The notes under the pieces were generated by a model. It was given only the letters and a program-made list of their open reading frames with translations. It was not told the DNA's origin and did not search any database. The translations under genes and the position numbers were made by a program. DNA of 64,000 nt from an uncultured Actinomycetota bacterium (GTDB lineage: Bacteria > Actinomycetota > Actinomycetes > Propionibacteriales > Nocardioidaceae), in the NCBI GenBank assembly GCA_963805425.1, contig CAWDUF010000014.1, forward strand, positions 8,057-72,056, in the 5' to 3' direction. Below are positions 1-11,203 of this stretch, in pieces. Numbering within the stretch: the first letter of the stretch is position 1; each line of letters starts with the position of its first letter.

Positions 1-2
1 AC

Positions 3-503
3 GTCGAGCTGATCAACACGCTCGCTCTGCTCGGCTTCTGTCTGGTCATCGGGGTCTCGTTCACCATCGCCACCCGCACCACCAGCGTCACTGGGCCCGA
101 TGAGGGGGGTGACACCGGCCCGGCGCACCGCGCGCTCCCGTCGCTGCTCGCGCACTCGGTGGTGCCGATCATCGTCGGCTACATGACCGCCCACTACCTG
201 AGCTTCTTCGTCGAGTACGGCCAGCTGACGCTCACCCAGCTCAGCGACCCGATGGTCAAGGGCCAAAATCTCCTCGGCACCGCCGACTGGGGTGTGAACT
301 ACTGGCTCTCCTACCACCCGTCGACGCTCGCCGACATCAAGGTGCTGGCCGTCGTCACCGGTCACATCGTCGGCGTGGTCGCCGCCCACGACCGCGCCCT
401 CGAGCTGCTCCCGAAGCGCCACCAGGTCATCGGCCAGCTCGGGCTCCTGGTGGTCATGGTCGCCTACACGGCGACGGGTCTGTACCTGCTGTTCGGGTCC
501 TGA
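3..503 (+). CDS. Integral membrane protein, C-terminal part (5' end outside window)
   Basis: Open frame from the window edge (VELINTLALLGFCLVIG...) to TGA at 503, with several hydrophobic helices and high GC3. Confidence 0.75.
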   Translation, partial: VELINTLALLGFCLVIGVSFTIATRTTSVTGPDEGGDTGPAHRALPSLLAHSVVPIIVGYMTAHYLSFFVEYGQLTLTQLSDPMVKGQNLLGTADWGVNYWLSYHPSTLADIKVLAVVTGHIVGVVAAHDRALELLPKRHQVIGQLGLLVVMVAYTATGLYLLFGS

Positions 504-506
504 ACC

Positions 507-1733
507 TCAACCGGCGACGCGCCGCCTGAGCAGCGACCGACGGCTCGGTGCGTGGTCGTCAGCGCGGTACATCGTCGACGCGACCTCGCCCATCGCGGTG
601 CGCAGCCGGGAGTCGCCGAGCTCGACCAGCGCACGGCCCGCCACGAGGGAGCGGTCGACGCCGGCGCGATCCTCGGGCAGGAAGTGCACGCCCACGGGCC
701 GGGTGTAGCCCTCGATCATGCCGACGATCTCCCGCTCGCTCCAGCCGAGGGACGGACGCATCCTGTTCACCACGACGCGCACCGGGACGCCGGGGACCAG
801 GTCGCGGAGGTCCACCAGACCACGCGCCAGCCGAGCCAGGCCGCTCGGCTCGGCCGAGCCGACGACGACGACCTCGTCGGCTGCCGCCAGCGCATCCAGC
901 GTCATCCGGTCACGTGCCGTCGGCAGGTCGGGGTCCTCCAGGCAGAACCCGCAGTCGACGACCACCTCACCGAGCCCTGTGGCGGCGTCGAGCACGGCCA
1001 TGAGCACCTCGGGCCGAACCTCGATGCGGCGGTCGGCGCGCGGCAACCCGGTGAGTACGTCGAGGCGCTCGCCCACGCGACGACAGGACCGCGCGAAGGC
1101 CGCGTCGTCGAGCGTGCCGAGGTTGGCCATCCGGGCGACCGCGAGCAAGCCGGAGACCTCGTCGAGGACCCCCAGCTGCTGTGCGATCGTGCCGCCGTAG
1201 GGATCGGCGTCGACGAGCACGACCGCGTGCCCGGCCGCCGCGAGCTCACCGGCGAGACCGACCGCGACCGTGGTGCGGCCGGGCGACCCTGCCGGGCCCC
1301 AGACCGCGACCACGCGACCGCGCCCGGCCCGGGACCCGTCGTCGAGGTGTCGCGCGACCGGGTCGGGGTCGACCACGACGTCGCGAGCCGACACCCGCTC
1401 GACCGCGGCGACCACCTCGAGCGGGTCCGGGGCCGCCACCTCCACGACTCCCAGTCGGAGGAGGCGGTCGGCGACGTCGGGGGCGTCGGCGACCGCGAGC
1501 GTGCGCACGTCGTACCGGAGCAGGTGCATCACCGCCTCGGCGTCGAGGTGCGCAGGATCGCCGGTGACCACCGCGACACTCGCCCCGCCGGAAGAGGCCG
1601 ACGCCATCAGATCGGGCACGTCGACGCAGCGCTTGGCGACCACGATCCCGGCCTCTCCCAGGGCCTGGAGCACACCGGCCTCCCACGGGGCGCCGCCGGC
1701 GAGCACGAAGACGCACACGCGAGGGTCGGTCAC
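507..1733 (-). CDS. CpaE/MinD/ParA-like ATPase with N-terminal receiver-like domain
   Basis: Deviant P-loop WGPAGSPGRTT, LVDADPYGG and VVVDCG motifs typical of MinD/CpaE-like proteins. Confidence 0.8.
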   Translation of the reverse strand: MTDPRVCVFVLAGGAPWEAGVLQALGEAGIVVAKRCVDVPDLMASASSGGASVAVVTGDPAHLDAEAVMHLLRYDVRTLAVADAPDVADRLLRLGVVEVAAPDPLEVVAAVERVSARDVVVDPDPVARHLDDGSRAGRGRVVAVWGPAGSPGRTTVAVGLAGELAAAGHAVVLVDADPYGGTIAQQLGVLDEVSGLLAVARMANLGTLDDAAFARSCRRVGERLDVLTGLPRADRRIEVRPEVLMAVLDAATGLGEVVVDCGFCLEDPDLPTARDRMTLDALAAADEVVVVGSAEPSGLARLARGLVDLRDLVPGVPVRVVVNRMRPSLGWSEREIVGMIEGYTRPVGVHFLPEDRAGVDRSLVAGRALVELGDSRLRTAMGEVASTMYRADDHAPSRRSLLRRRVAG

Positions 1734-2416
1734 GACCCCGCCTGCCGGGTGATCACGACCCGTCCATCGGCGAGCTGGCCCAGGGCGTCGGCCAGCAGGT
1801 CGGCGTCGGCCCGGTCGACGCCGACGATCACCTGCTGGGTCGTCTGCGGCGCGAGGCTGTCACCCGCCGCAGGTACGGCGAGGACCACGACGTCCTCGAG
1901 CGCCAGCCGGGCACGAACCCGGTCTGCTCCTCCGGTCACCTTCGGAGTCACCCAGACGTCGACCACCGCACCTCGCTCGACGCTCGCCGGCAGGTCGTCG
2001 GGCGCAACGCTGAGCGGTACCTCCACCAGAGCAGGCCCGCCGTCGACGTCGACGGCCGAGCGCGGCAGCAGCTCGCCGGCGACGAGGTCGTGCGTCGCGA
2101 CGCTCCCGGCCGCGAGGTCAGTCGTCGCCGGAAGGTATCGATCGGCGCCTGCCCCAGCGAAGTGCACGTGCGCCGCGCTCAGGTCACTGCTGTCGATCCT
2201 GGTCCCGACCGCGACGTCGTGGCGCAGGCTCCAGACCGCAACCGTGTCGTCGGCGGCCGCGAGCAGTCGCGCCCCGACCAGCACGCAGATGGCGATGATG
2301 ACCACGCCCAGCACCAGGCGCGGGTCGCGCCAGCCGGACGGGTGCGCACGGACCGCCGGCGGTGGCTCGGCGAGGTCAGCAGGTCCTGGGGAGCGAGCGG
2401 TCCGTAGGGCACTCAT
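1730..2416 (-). CDS. SAF-domain, CpaB/RcpC-like membrane-anchored protein
   Basis: WRDPRLVLGV TM segment, SAF-like region and GAVVDVWVT motif; overlaps the ATPase start; ATG at 2416 chosen. Confidence 0.7.
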   Translation of the reverse strand: MSALRTARSPGPADLAEPPPAVRAHPSGWRDPRLVLGVVIIAICVLVGARLLAAADDTVAVWSLRHDVAVGTRIDSSDLSAAHVHFAGAGADRYLPATTDLAAGSVATHDLVAGELLPRSAVDVDGGPALVEVPLSVAPDDLPASVERGAVVDVWVTPKVTGGADRVRARLALEDVVVLAVPAAGDSLAPQTTQQVIVGVDRADADLLADALGQLADGRVVITRQAGS

Positions 2417-2510
2417 GAGCACCTTCCCGAGATGAGGCGGATGGGGCGATCCACAGGCGACCGGGGTCAAACGTTCGCGTCCGGGCGGACCTGGTGGCAG
2501 AGTGGAGGGC

Positions 2511-2735
2511 ATGGCGTCGACACCGAGGTTCCTGACGCTCGCCGACGTCGCCGAGGTCCTCAACACCACCAGTGCCCAGGTCTACGCGCTGGTGCGACGC
2601 GGCGACCTGGCGGCGATCAAGATCGGTGGCCGCGGTCAGTGGCGCGTGGAGACCTCCGAGCTGGAGGACTACATCAAGCGCGCCTACGAGGACACCCGTG
2701 CGTTCGTCAAGGACCACCCCTACGTCGAGGGCTGA
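2511..2735 (+). CDS. Small excisionase-like/MerR-like helix-turn-helix DNA-binding protein
   Basis: FLTLADVAEVL...VYALVRRGDLAAIKIGGRGQWRV; GGAGG RBS before ATG 2511. Confidence 0.85.
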   Translation: MASTPRFLTLADVAEVLNTTSAQVYALVRRGDLAAIKIGGRGQWRVETSELEDYIKRAYEDTRAFVKDHPYVEG

Positions 2736-2749
2736 CGCGTCTGCCGGGC

Positions 2750-3343
2750 TCATGACGCACCCTCCGGACGCCCCTGCACGACGGCCACGGCACTGAGCGG
2801 CACCGTGACCGGCTCTCCGGTCTCTCCCTGACGCAGGACCGCGAAGTCGGCGCCGACGTGGGTCAAGTGGCCGTGGAGCACGCGACCGCCGCGGAGGTGG
2901 ATCGTGCACGGACGTCGGTCCTCCGCGACCCGGCGCAGCGCGGACCGCAGCGACAGTCGGGCGGTGAGCGGGCGTGCTCCCGGGGGCAGCGATCCTGGCG
3001 CGAGGCCACGAAGGACCGCGACGGCCGGCAGGTGCACGAACCACACGGTGTCCGCGTCGCCCACGAGGACCCAGTCCGCACCCGTCGCGGTGAGCCGGCC
3101 GTGGACCTCGACGCCGTCGGTCGTGCCGACATGCACCTGACGCCCCACCGAGGCGTGCAGCCGTCCGACGAGCTCGACCTCGGCGTACTGGGCGACGCTG
3201 AGCTCGTCGACCTCGACGGCCCGCTCCGCGAGATGGAGGCCCTCTGCCTGCATCTCGAGATCGTCGAGCATCCCCAGCACGTTGTCGAGCAACCGGCCCT
3301 CATCGTCCTCCCCGCGACCCCGAGGTCGATCAGCACTGCGCAT
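2750..3343 (-). CDS. Conserved hypothetical protein with two similar small beta-barrel-like halves
   Basis: Coding-like ORF containing the internal duplication VGTTDGVEVHGRLTATGADWVLV / IHLRGGRVLHGHLTHVGADFAVL; start uncertain (3343 or 3391). Confidence 0.7.
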   Translation of the reverse strand: MRSADRPRGRGEDDEGRLLDNVLGMLDDLEMQAEGLHLAERAVEVDELSVAQYAEVELVGRLHASVGRQVHVGTTDGVEVHGRLTATGADWVLVGDADTVWFVHLPAVAVLRGLAPGSLPPGARPLTARLSLRSALRRVAEDRRPCTIHLRGGRVLHGHLTHVGADFAVLRQGETGEPVTVPLSAVAVVQGRPEGAS

Positions 3344-3449
3344 GACCCCCGATGCCCGGTGCCGACCGCGATCAAACATCACTGTGGACAATCAGTTGAC
3401 TATCGATGCAGACGAGGGTTAAAACAAGCAAACACAAGCAAACGCAAAG

Positions 3450-4112
3450 GTGCGTGCGGTGAGCTCTCTCGGGACCGGATTCGACCTGCTGCTGACCCGC
3501 GTCGCCGTCGGCGCACTGACCGCGGCCGCGGCCTGGGGTGTCCTCGTCGTGGTGTCGGTGGCTCTCGAAGCGCACAGCGGTGGCCGGGTCCGGGTCGCGG
3601 ACCGCACCGGCTGTCCCCCCGTCGTACGCCGCTGGCTCCTCGGCCTGTTCGTGGCCGTCTTCGCCGGCGTCGCAGCTCCCGCCGCCGCACAAGGCTCCGG
3701 CGCGGGATCCGGCGCCGGGTCCCACTCCGGGTCCCACTCGGGGTCCCACTCGGGGTCCCACTCGGGGTCCCACTCGGGGTCCCACTCGGGGCCGGGCGCC
3801 GCTTCCGGCACCGTCGCCACGGCCCTCGAGGGACTCCCGCTCCCCGACCGGACGACGGGCGGGCCACCGTCGTCGAGGGCCTCGGACCGCAGCGTCGAGG
3901 TCCGGCCGGGCGACTCGCTGTGGAGCATCGCTCGCGCGACGTTGCCCGCCGACGCCCCGGACTCCGAGATCGCCGCAACGGTCGCCCGCCTGTACACAGC
4001 CAACCGCCTCACGATCGGCGCCGATCCCGACCTGATCGTCCCCGGGCAGCGCCTCCGGGTCAGCCCGTCGACCGCCCAGCACACCTCGACACCACTCTCG
4101 GAGGAACGATGA
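3450..4112 (+). CDS. Membrane-anchored LysM peptidoglycan-binding protein
   Basis: Two N-terminal hydrophobic segments, a Gly/Ser linker and LysM VEVRPGDSLWSIA...DPDLIVPGQRL. Confidence 0.85.
   Translation: MRAVSSLGTGFDLLLTRVAVGALTAAAAWGVLVVVSVALEAHSGGRVRVADRTGCPPVVRRWLLGLFVAVFAGVAAPAAAQGSGAGSGAGSHSGSHSGSHSGSHSGSHSGSHSGPGAASGTVATALEGLPLPDRTTGGPPSSRASDRSVEVRPGDSLWSIARATLPADAPDSEIAATVARLYTANRLTIGADPDLIVPGQRLRVSPSTAQHTSTPLSEER
3717..3788 (+). repeat. Six tandem 12-bp units GGGTCCCACTC(C/G) encoding (GSHS)6
   Basis: Read directly from the sequence. Confidence 0.95.
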
Positions 4113-4642
4113 CCGCATCTGCCATCACCCCGGTGCCTGAACCGGTCGGTCCGGCGCGGGGCGTCGCCCGGCTCCGTACGATCTCCGCCCCGGCGGTCGA
4201 CCTGTCCGCGATGCCACTCGCCGAGCCGCAGGCCGCCCTCGACCTCGACCTCGACCCGGCGCCCGACCTACCGCCTCGCCCGGGCCTGCGCGTGGTCACC
4301 GGCGACGAGCGAGAGCTCGACGCGTTCTCGGCGCGGTTCGCCCAGGCCGTCGTCGAGGTGATCGGCGGCGACCGTGGTGTGCACCAGCTGATGCGGTGGA
4401 CGACCGAGTGGGTCTACGCCGACCTGATGCACCGCAGTCACGCACTGCACCGGGCGACGCCAGGGGACCAGCGACTCCGTCGGCTGCGCGCGACAGTGCG
4501 CAGCGTGCACCTCTTCCGGCTGCACGAGGACGCCGCGGAGCTGAGCATCCACGTACGCCACGGCCAGCGCTCGCGCGCCATCGCCGCCCGCATCGAGCGC
4601 ATCGAGGGGCGCTGGCGCTGCACGGTGTTGCAGTTCGGGTGA
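4109..4642 (+). CDS. Rv3235-family protein
   Basis: AQAVVEVIGGDRGVHQLMRWTT...RSRAIAARIE...RWRCTVLQFG; GAGGA RBS; ATGA overlap with the LysM gene; position next to secA. Confidence 0.85.
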   Translation: MTASAITPVPEPVGPARGVARLRTISAPAVDLSAMPLAEPQAALDLDLDPAPDLPPRPGLRVVTGDERELDAFSARFAQAVVEVIGGDRGVHQLMRWTTEWVYADLMHRSHALHRATPGDQRLRRLRATVRSVHLFRLHEDAAELSIHVRHGQRSRAIAARIERIEGRWRCTVLQFG

Positions 4643-4649
4643 GCACAGC

Positions 4650-4701
4650 CGGTGGTCGAGCTCGCCGAAACCAGGCCCGGTTTCGACAAGCTCAACCACC
4701 G
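4650..4701. repeat. REP-like imperfect palindrome between convergent genes; possible bidirectional terminator
   Basis: CGGTGGTCGAGCTCGCCGAAACC...GGTTTCGACAAGCTCAACCACCG; related units at 43618 and 45202. Confidence 0.75.
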
Positions 4702-4708
4702 AGGATCA

Positions 4709-7573
<2,865 letters not shown>

Positions 7574-7700
7574 GTTCTCAGGCTCCCAAGGGGTGACGCA
7601 GAGGTAGGGGTGATGCAGCCGCCAACTCTACCCAGCGACCGGACGGGCCGGGTGCGGGCGGCAGGATCCGCGATCATGTCGAGATTTCATGTGGATCAGC

Positions 7701-7729
7701 GTTGACATCAATAGCGATTTGATGTCAAC
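7701..7729. promoter_or_regulatory. Perfect inverted repeat, candidate TetR operator overlapping a TTGACA -35
   Basis: GTTGACATCAA-tagcgat-TTGATGTCAAC immediately upstream of the TetR start codon. Confidence 0.8.
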
Positions 7730-7739
7730 TTTGACTGCC

Positions 7740-8342
7740 ATGAATACGAAGCGCACCTACACCATGACCGCCCGGGCCGAGGCCGCCGAGGAGACCCGGA
7801 TGCGGATCGTGCGCTCGGCCTTCGAGCTCCAGGCCGAGCGACTCACGACCGAGATCTCGCTGGAGGACGTCGCCGCTCGCGCCGGGGTCAGTGTCCAGAC
7901 CGTGCTGCGGCGCTTCGGGAGCAAGGCGCGCCTGTTCGAGGAGAGCCTCCGGCTGGTCAACGACGAGATCGCCGAGGAGCGCCGGGCCCCCAGCGGTGAC
8001 GTCCCGGGCGCCATCCGCGTGCTCGTCGACCACTACGAGAAGCGTGGGGAGTTCGCTTTGCTGATGCTGGCCCAGGAGAGCGCCTTCGACCATGTCCGCC
8101 GGATGTCGGATGCCGGCAAGCGGACCCACCGCGCCTGGGTCGTCGAGGTCTTCGGGCCGCTCCTCCCCCGCGATGCCGGACGTCGCGAGGAGCTGGTCGA
8201 CCTGCTCGTGGTCGCCACCGACGTCTACACCTGGAAACTGCTGCGCCGCGACCGCGGCCTCTCCCGCACCCAGACCGAGCACCGCATGAACACCCTGGTG
8301 TCCGCCCTCCTGACGGCCACCACCGACCGGAAGGACACCTGA
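7740..8342 (+). CDS. TetR/AcrR family transcriptional regulator
   Basis: N-terminal HTH ISLEDVAARAGVSVQTVLRRFGSK. Confidence 0.93.
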   Translation: MNTKRTYTMTARAEAAEETRMRIVRSAFELQAERLTTEISLEDVAARAGVSVQTVLRRFGSKARLFEESLRLVNDEIAEERRAPSGDVPGAIRVLVDHYEKRGEFALLMLAQESAFDHVRRMSDAGKRTHRAWVVEVFGPLLPRDAGRREELVDLLVVATDVYTWKLLRRDRGLSRTQTEHRMNTLVSALLTATTDRKDT

Positions 8343-8343
8343 C

Positions 8344-9453
8344 ATGGCCGAGATCCTCTTCGTCACCTGGGACGGCGGCGGCAACGTGCCTCCGGCACTG
8401 GGCATCGCGGCAGAGCTGCAACGACGGGGGCACGGTGTCCGGTTCCTCGGGCACGAGACCCAGCGCGAGCCGATCACCTCAGCCGGATTCGCGTGCGCGG
8501 CGTTCGCGACCGCGAAGCCGTTCAGCTCCCTCGACAGCAACTCACCGCTCCGGATGATGGCGTTGTTCAGTGACAGGGCCATCGGTCGCGACACCCTGGC
8601 CGAGGTCGCCCGCAGCGCCACTGACGTGGTCGTGGCCGACTGCATGCTGATCGGCGCACTGCGTGCCTGCGCCGACGCCGACCTCACCTACGTCAGCCTG
8701 GAGCACCTGTTCGACGGCTACCTCCGCGGTTCCTGGCTGAAGGGGCCGATCGGCCTGGCCGCGAAGGCGAAGAGGCTTCGACCGCGAGCCGCTTGGGACT
8801 CCGCGGCGCTCACCGTCGTCGCGTCGCTCGACGAGCTCGACCCCGGACATGCACGAGCTCACACCGCCACCACCGTCTGGACCGGGCCGGTCCTGGCCCA
8901 GCCCGCGCCCCACGACCTCGGCAGCCACGACCCAGCGGTCCTGGTGAGCCTGAGCACGTACAACTTCCCGAACATGGCCGCGTCCCTGCAGAACGTCCTG
9001 GACGCGACCGCGGACCTCGAGGCCCGGATCGTGGTCACCACCGGCCCGGTCGTCGACCCTTCCGAGCTGCGCCCGGCCGCCAACCACGAGGTGTACCGCT
9101 ACGTGCCGCACGACGAGTTGATGCCGCAGATGTCGCTGGTGGTCGGCCACGGCGGCCACGCGACCACGATGCGCGCGCTCGCCCACGACCTCCCGCTCGT
9201 GGTGATGCCGATGCACCCGCTGCTCGACCAGCCGGTGGTCGGTCGCCAGGTGGAGGCGGCGGGCGCGGGTCGGACCGTGAAGAAGGGGGCCTCGGCCCAG
9301 GCTCTCCGGCCGGTGATCGAGGAGCTCCTCGCGGACGGGCCGCACCGCACGGCGGCGGCCCGTCTCGGCGCCCTGATCCGGGAGAGCCGGGGCAGCGAAG
9401 CGGCAGCCGACCGGATCCTCGCTCTGGTCCCGAACGGCGTGCCCACAGCCTAG
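8344..9453 (+). CDS. GT1-family (MGT/UGT-like) NDP-sugar glycosyltransferase
   Basis: GGGNVPP N-terminus and the UGT-type signature VPHDELMPQMSLVVGHGGHATTMRALAHDLPLVVMP..DQ. Confidence 0.9.
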   Translation: MAEILFVTWDGGGNVPPALGIAAELQRRGHGVRFLGHETQREPITSAGFACAAFATAKPFSSLDSNSPLRMMALFSDRAIGRDTLAEVARSATDVVVADCMLIGALRACADADLTYVSLEHLFDGYLRGSWLKGPIGLAAKAKRLRPRAAWDSAALTVVASLDELDPGHARAHTATTVWTGPVLAQPAPHDLGSHDPAVLVSLSTYNFPNMAASLQNVLDATADLEARIVVTTGPVVDPSELRPAANHEVYRYVPHDELMPQMSLVVGHGGHATTMRALAHDLPLVVMPMHPLLDQPVVGRQVEAAGAGRTVKKGASAQALRPVIEELLADGPHRTAAARLGALIRESRGSEAAADRILALVPNGVPTA

Positions 9454-9839
9454 GGAGCGTCGGGGTCCCGCTCCTCCAGCTCGCGGCGCAACTTGTCCTC
9501 CGCCGCCTTGCGCCGCTGCTCCTCGGCCCGCTCCCGGACCCGACGCAGGAACTCCTCGTCGGACTCGGGAGTGGGGCCGGCGGCGCGGCCGGGCCGGTCG
9601 TACTCCGGATAGGCCGGCGTGGCCCGCTGGTACGCCGAGCGAGGTTGCCCCCCGCTCTGTGGGCGGCCAGCGGCGAGCCAGGCGATCGAGCCGATCGGCG
9701 GGAACAGCAGGATCAGCAGCAACCAGGCGATCTTGGGAAGGTTGCGGACCTCGTCCTCGCGGGTCTGGATCAGGTCGATCACGCAGAAGACGTCCAGGGC
9801 GAGCAACAGCAGGACGAACCCGCCTTCGACACGGATCAT
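9450..9839 (-). CDS. PLDc N-terminal-domain small membrane protein
   Basis: VFCVIDLIQT...RNLPKIAWLLLILLFPPIGSIAW and the C-terminal motif PESDEEFL. Confidence 0.85.
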   Translation of the reverse strand: MIRVEGGFVLLLLALDVFCVIDLIQTREDEVRNLPKIAWLLLILLFPPIGSIAWLAAGRPQSGGQPRSAYQRATPAYPEYDRPGRAAGPTPESDEEFLRRVRERAEEQRRKAAEDKLRRELEERDPDAP

Positions 9840-9854
9840 CGGGGCCTCCTCGAG

Positions 9855-11051
9855 TCAGGCTGCTGAGGATCGTAGGGCCGATCGCAGCGCCGCGCTGAGA
9901 TCTCCACGATTTGCCACCGCCACGCCGCCCAGCCCCAGCCAGCCGGCCAGCGAGCGCAGCTCGACGGCGAGCTCGTCGGCGGTCGTCTCCGGCGCACCCG
10001 GCTCGGCGTACGCCGCGTGCACCTGGAGGACTCCGGCTCGCCGGTCGGCCTTGAGGTCGACCCGGGCGACGACCCGGTCGCCGAGGAGGAACGGCAGCAC
10101 GTAGTAGCCGTGCACCCGCTTGTGCTCGGGCACGTAGATCTCGATGCGGTAGGCGAAGTCGAAGAGCGCCTCCGTGCGCGCTCGCTCCCAGACCAGAGGG
10201 TCGAAGGGGCTGAGCAGCGCTCGTGCCTCGACCCGGCGAGGCAACCGCGCGTCACGGTGCAGGTAGTAGCCCGACTGTCCCTCGACGCTCACCGGGACCA
10301 GCTCACCGTCCTCGACGAGCGTGCTGATGGCAGGCGCGACCTGCGCGACCGGCATCCGGTAGTAGTCCCGCAGGTCGCGGGCGGTGGCGACACCGTGCGA
10401 GCGGGCCGCCCGGCGGACCAGCTCGCGGTGTGCCTCCTCATCCGGGGGCGTCGGCAACGCCAGCACGGCCGACGGGATCACCCGCTCGGGGAGGTCGTAG
10501 ACCCGCTCGAACTGGGAGTTGCGACCGGCGACCGCCACCTCGCCGGCGAGGAAGAGGTACTCCAGCGACTTCTTGGCCTCCGACCAGTTCCAGCCCCAGT
10601 GCTGCTTGCCGCGCGGCAATCCGTCGTCGAGGTCGCGCGCCGTCCGGCGTCCCTTGCCGCGCAGCTCGGCAAGGAGCGACGCCGCGAGGCCGGTGTCGCG
10701 GCCGTCCATCCACGGGTGCCCACCGTCGCGGTAGTGCCGCATCCGGTGCTGCATGTGCGGCCACAGGTCGACCGGCATGAACGCCGCCACGTGCGCCCAG
10801 TACTCCACCATCCGTCGCGGCGCCCGCCCCGAGGCGCGATCGAGGAGCGCGGCGTCGTAGGGTCCCATCCGGCTGAACAGCGGCATGTAGTGCGCGCGCT
10901 GGAGGACGTTGACCGAGTCGATCTGGAGCACTCCGGTGCGGCGGATGGTCCGGTTGAGCGTGGCCAGCGTCGGGGTCGCGTGGGGCTTGTCCACGAATCC
11001 CTGGGCCGCGAGCGCGACCCGGCGCGCCTGGGCCCGACTCAGCGACTGCAT
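9855..11051 (-). CDS. YcaQ/AlkZ-like winged-helix DNA glycosylase (HTH_42 family)
   Basis: ARRVALAAQGF, catalytic QxD (LQIDSVNV), LLSPFDPLVWER and YRIEIYVP..KRVHGYYVLPFL. Confidence 0.9.
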   Translation of the reverse strand: MQSLSRAQARRVALAAQGFVDKPHATPTLATLNRTIRRTGVLQIDSVNVLQRAHYMPLFSRMGPYDAALLDRASGRAPRRMVEYWAHVAAFMPVDLWPHMQHRMRHYRDGGHPWMDGRDTGLAASLLAELRGKGRRTARDLDDGLPRGKQHWGWNWSEAKKSLEYLFLAGEVAVAGRNSQFERVYDLPERVIPSAVLALPTPPDEEAHRELVRRAARSHGVATARDLRDYYRMPVAQVAPAISTLVEDGELVPVSVEGQSGYYLHRDARLPRRVEARALLSPFDPLVWERARTEALFDFAYRIEIYVPEHKRVHGYYVLPFLLGDRVVARVDLKADRRAGVLQVHAAYAEPGAPETTADELAVELRSLAGWLGLGGVAVANRGDLSAALRSALRSSAA

Positions 11052-11113
11052 GCTCGGGAGGGTAGTCGGGTGCGCCGACAGACCTGCGTACGCCGACGGT
11101 CGGTGCCGGGATC

Positions 11114-11203
11114 GCCGAGCGGGCAGAAGCGGCCCTCCCCCGCTTCGCTCCTCCGGTGCGTTTCAGCCCGCTCGGCTCCATCCCCTTCGCTTCGCTCAGG
11201 GGA
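11114..11203. repeat. Composite REP-like palindromic element
   Basis: GCCGAGCGGGC...GCCCGCTCGGC inverted repeat plus two GCTTCGCTC cores and a CCCCT...AGGGG hairpin. Confidence 0.55.

Noticed and set aside
552-2435. Long antisense and alternate-frame ORFs throughout the track (e.g. 552-2435, 5900-7705, 13822-15798, 54364-56436)
   Set aside because: Shadow ORFs expected in high-GC DNA; low-complexity or Arg/Pro/Gly-rich, without family motifs, and overlapping well-supported genes
2511-2735. Excisionase-like HTH as a sign of a prophage or ICE
   Set aside because: No integrase, att site, tRNA or phage genes nearby; it sits among host-like genes
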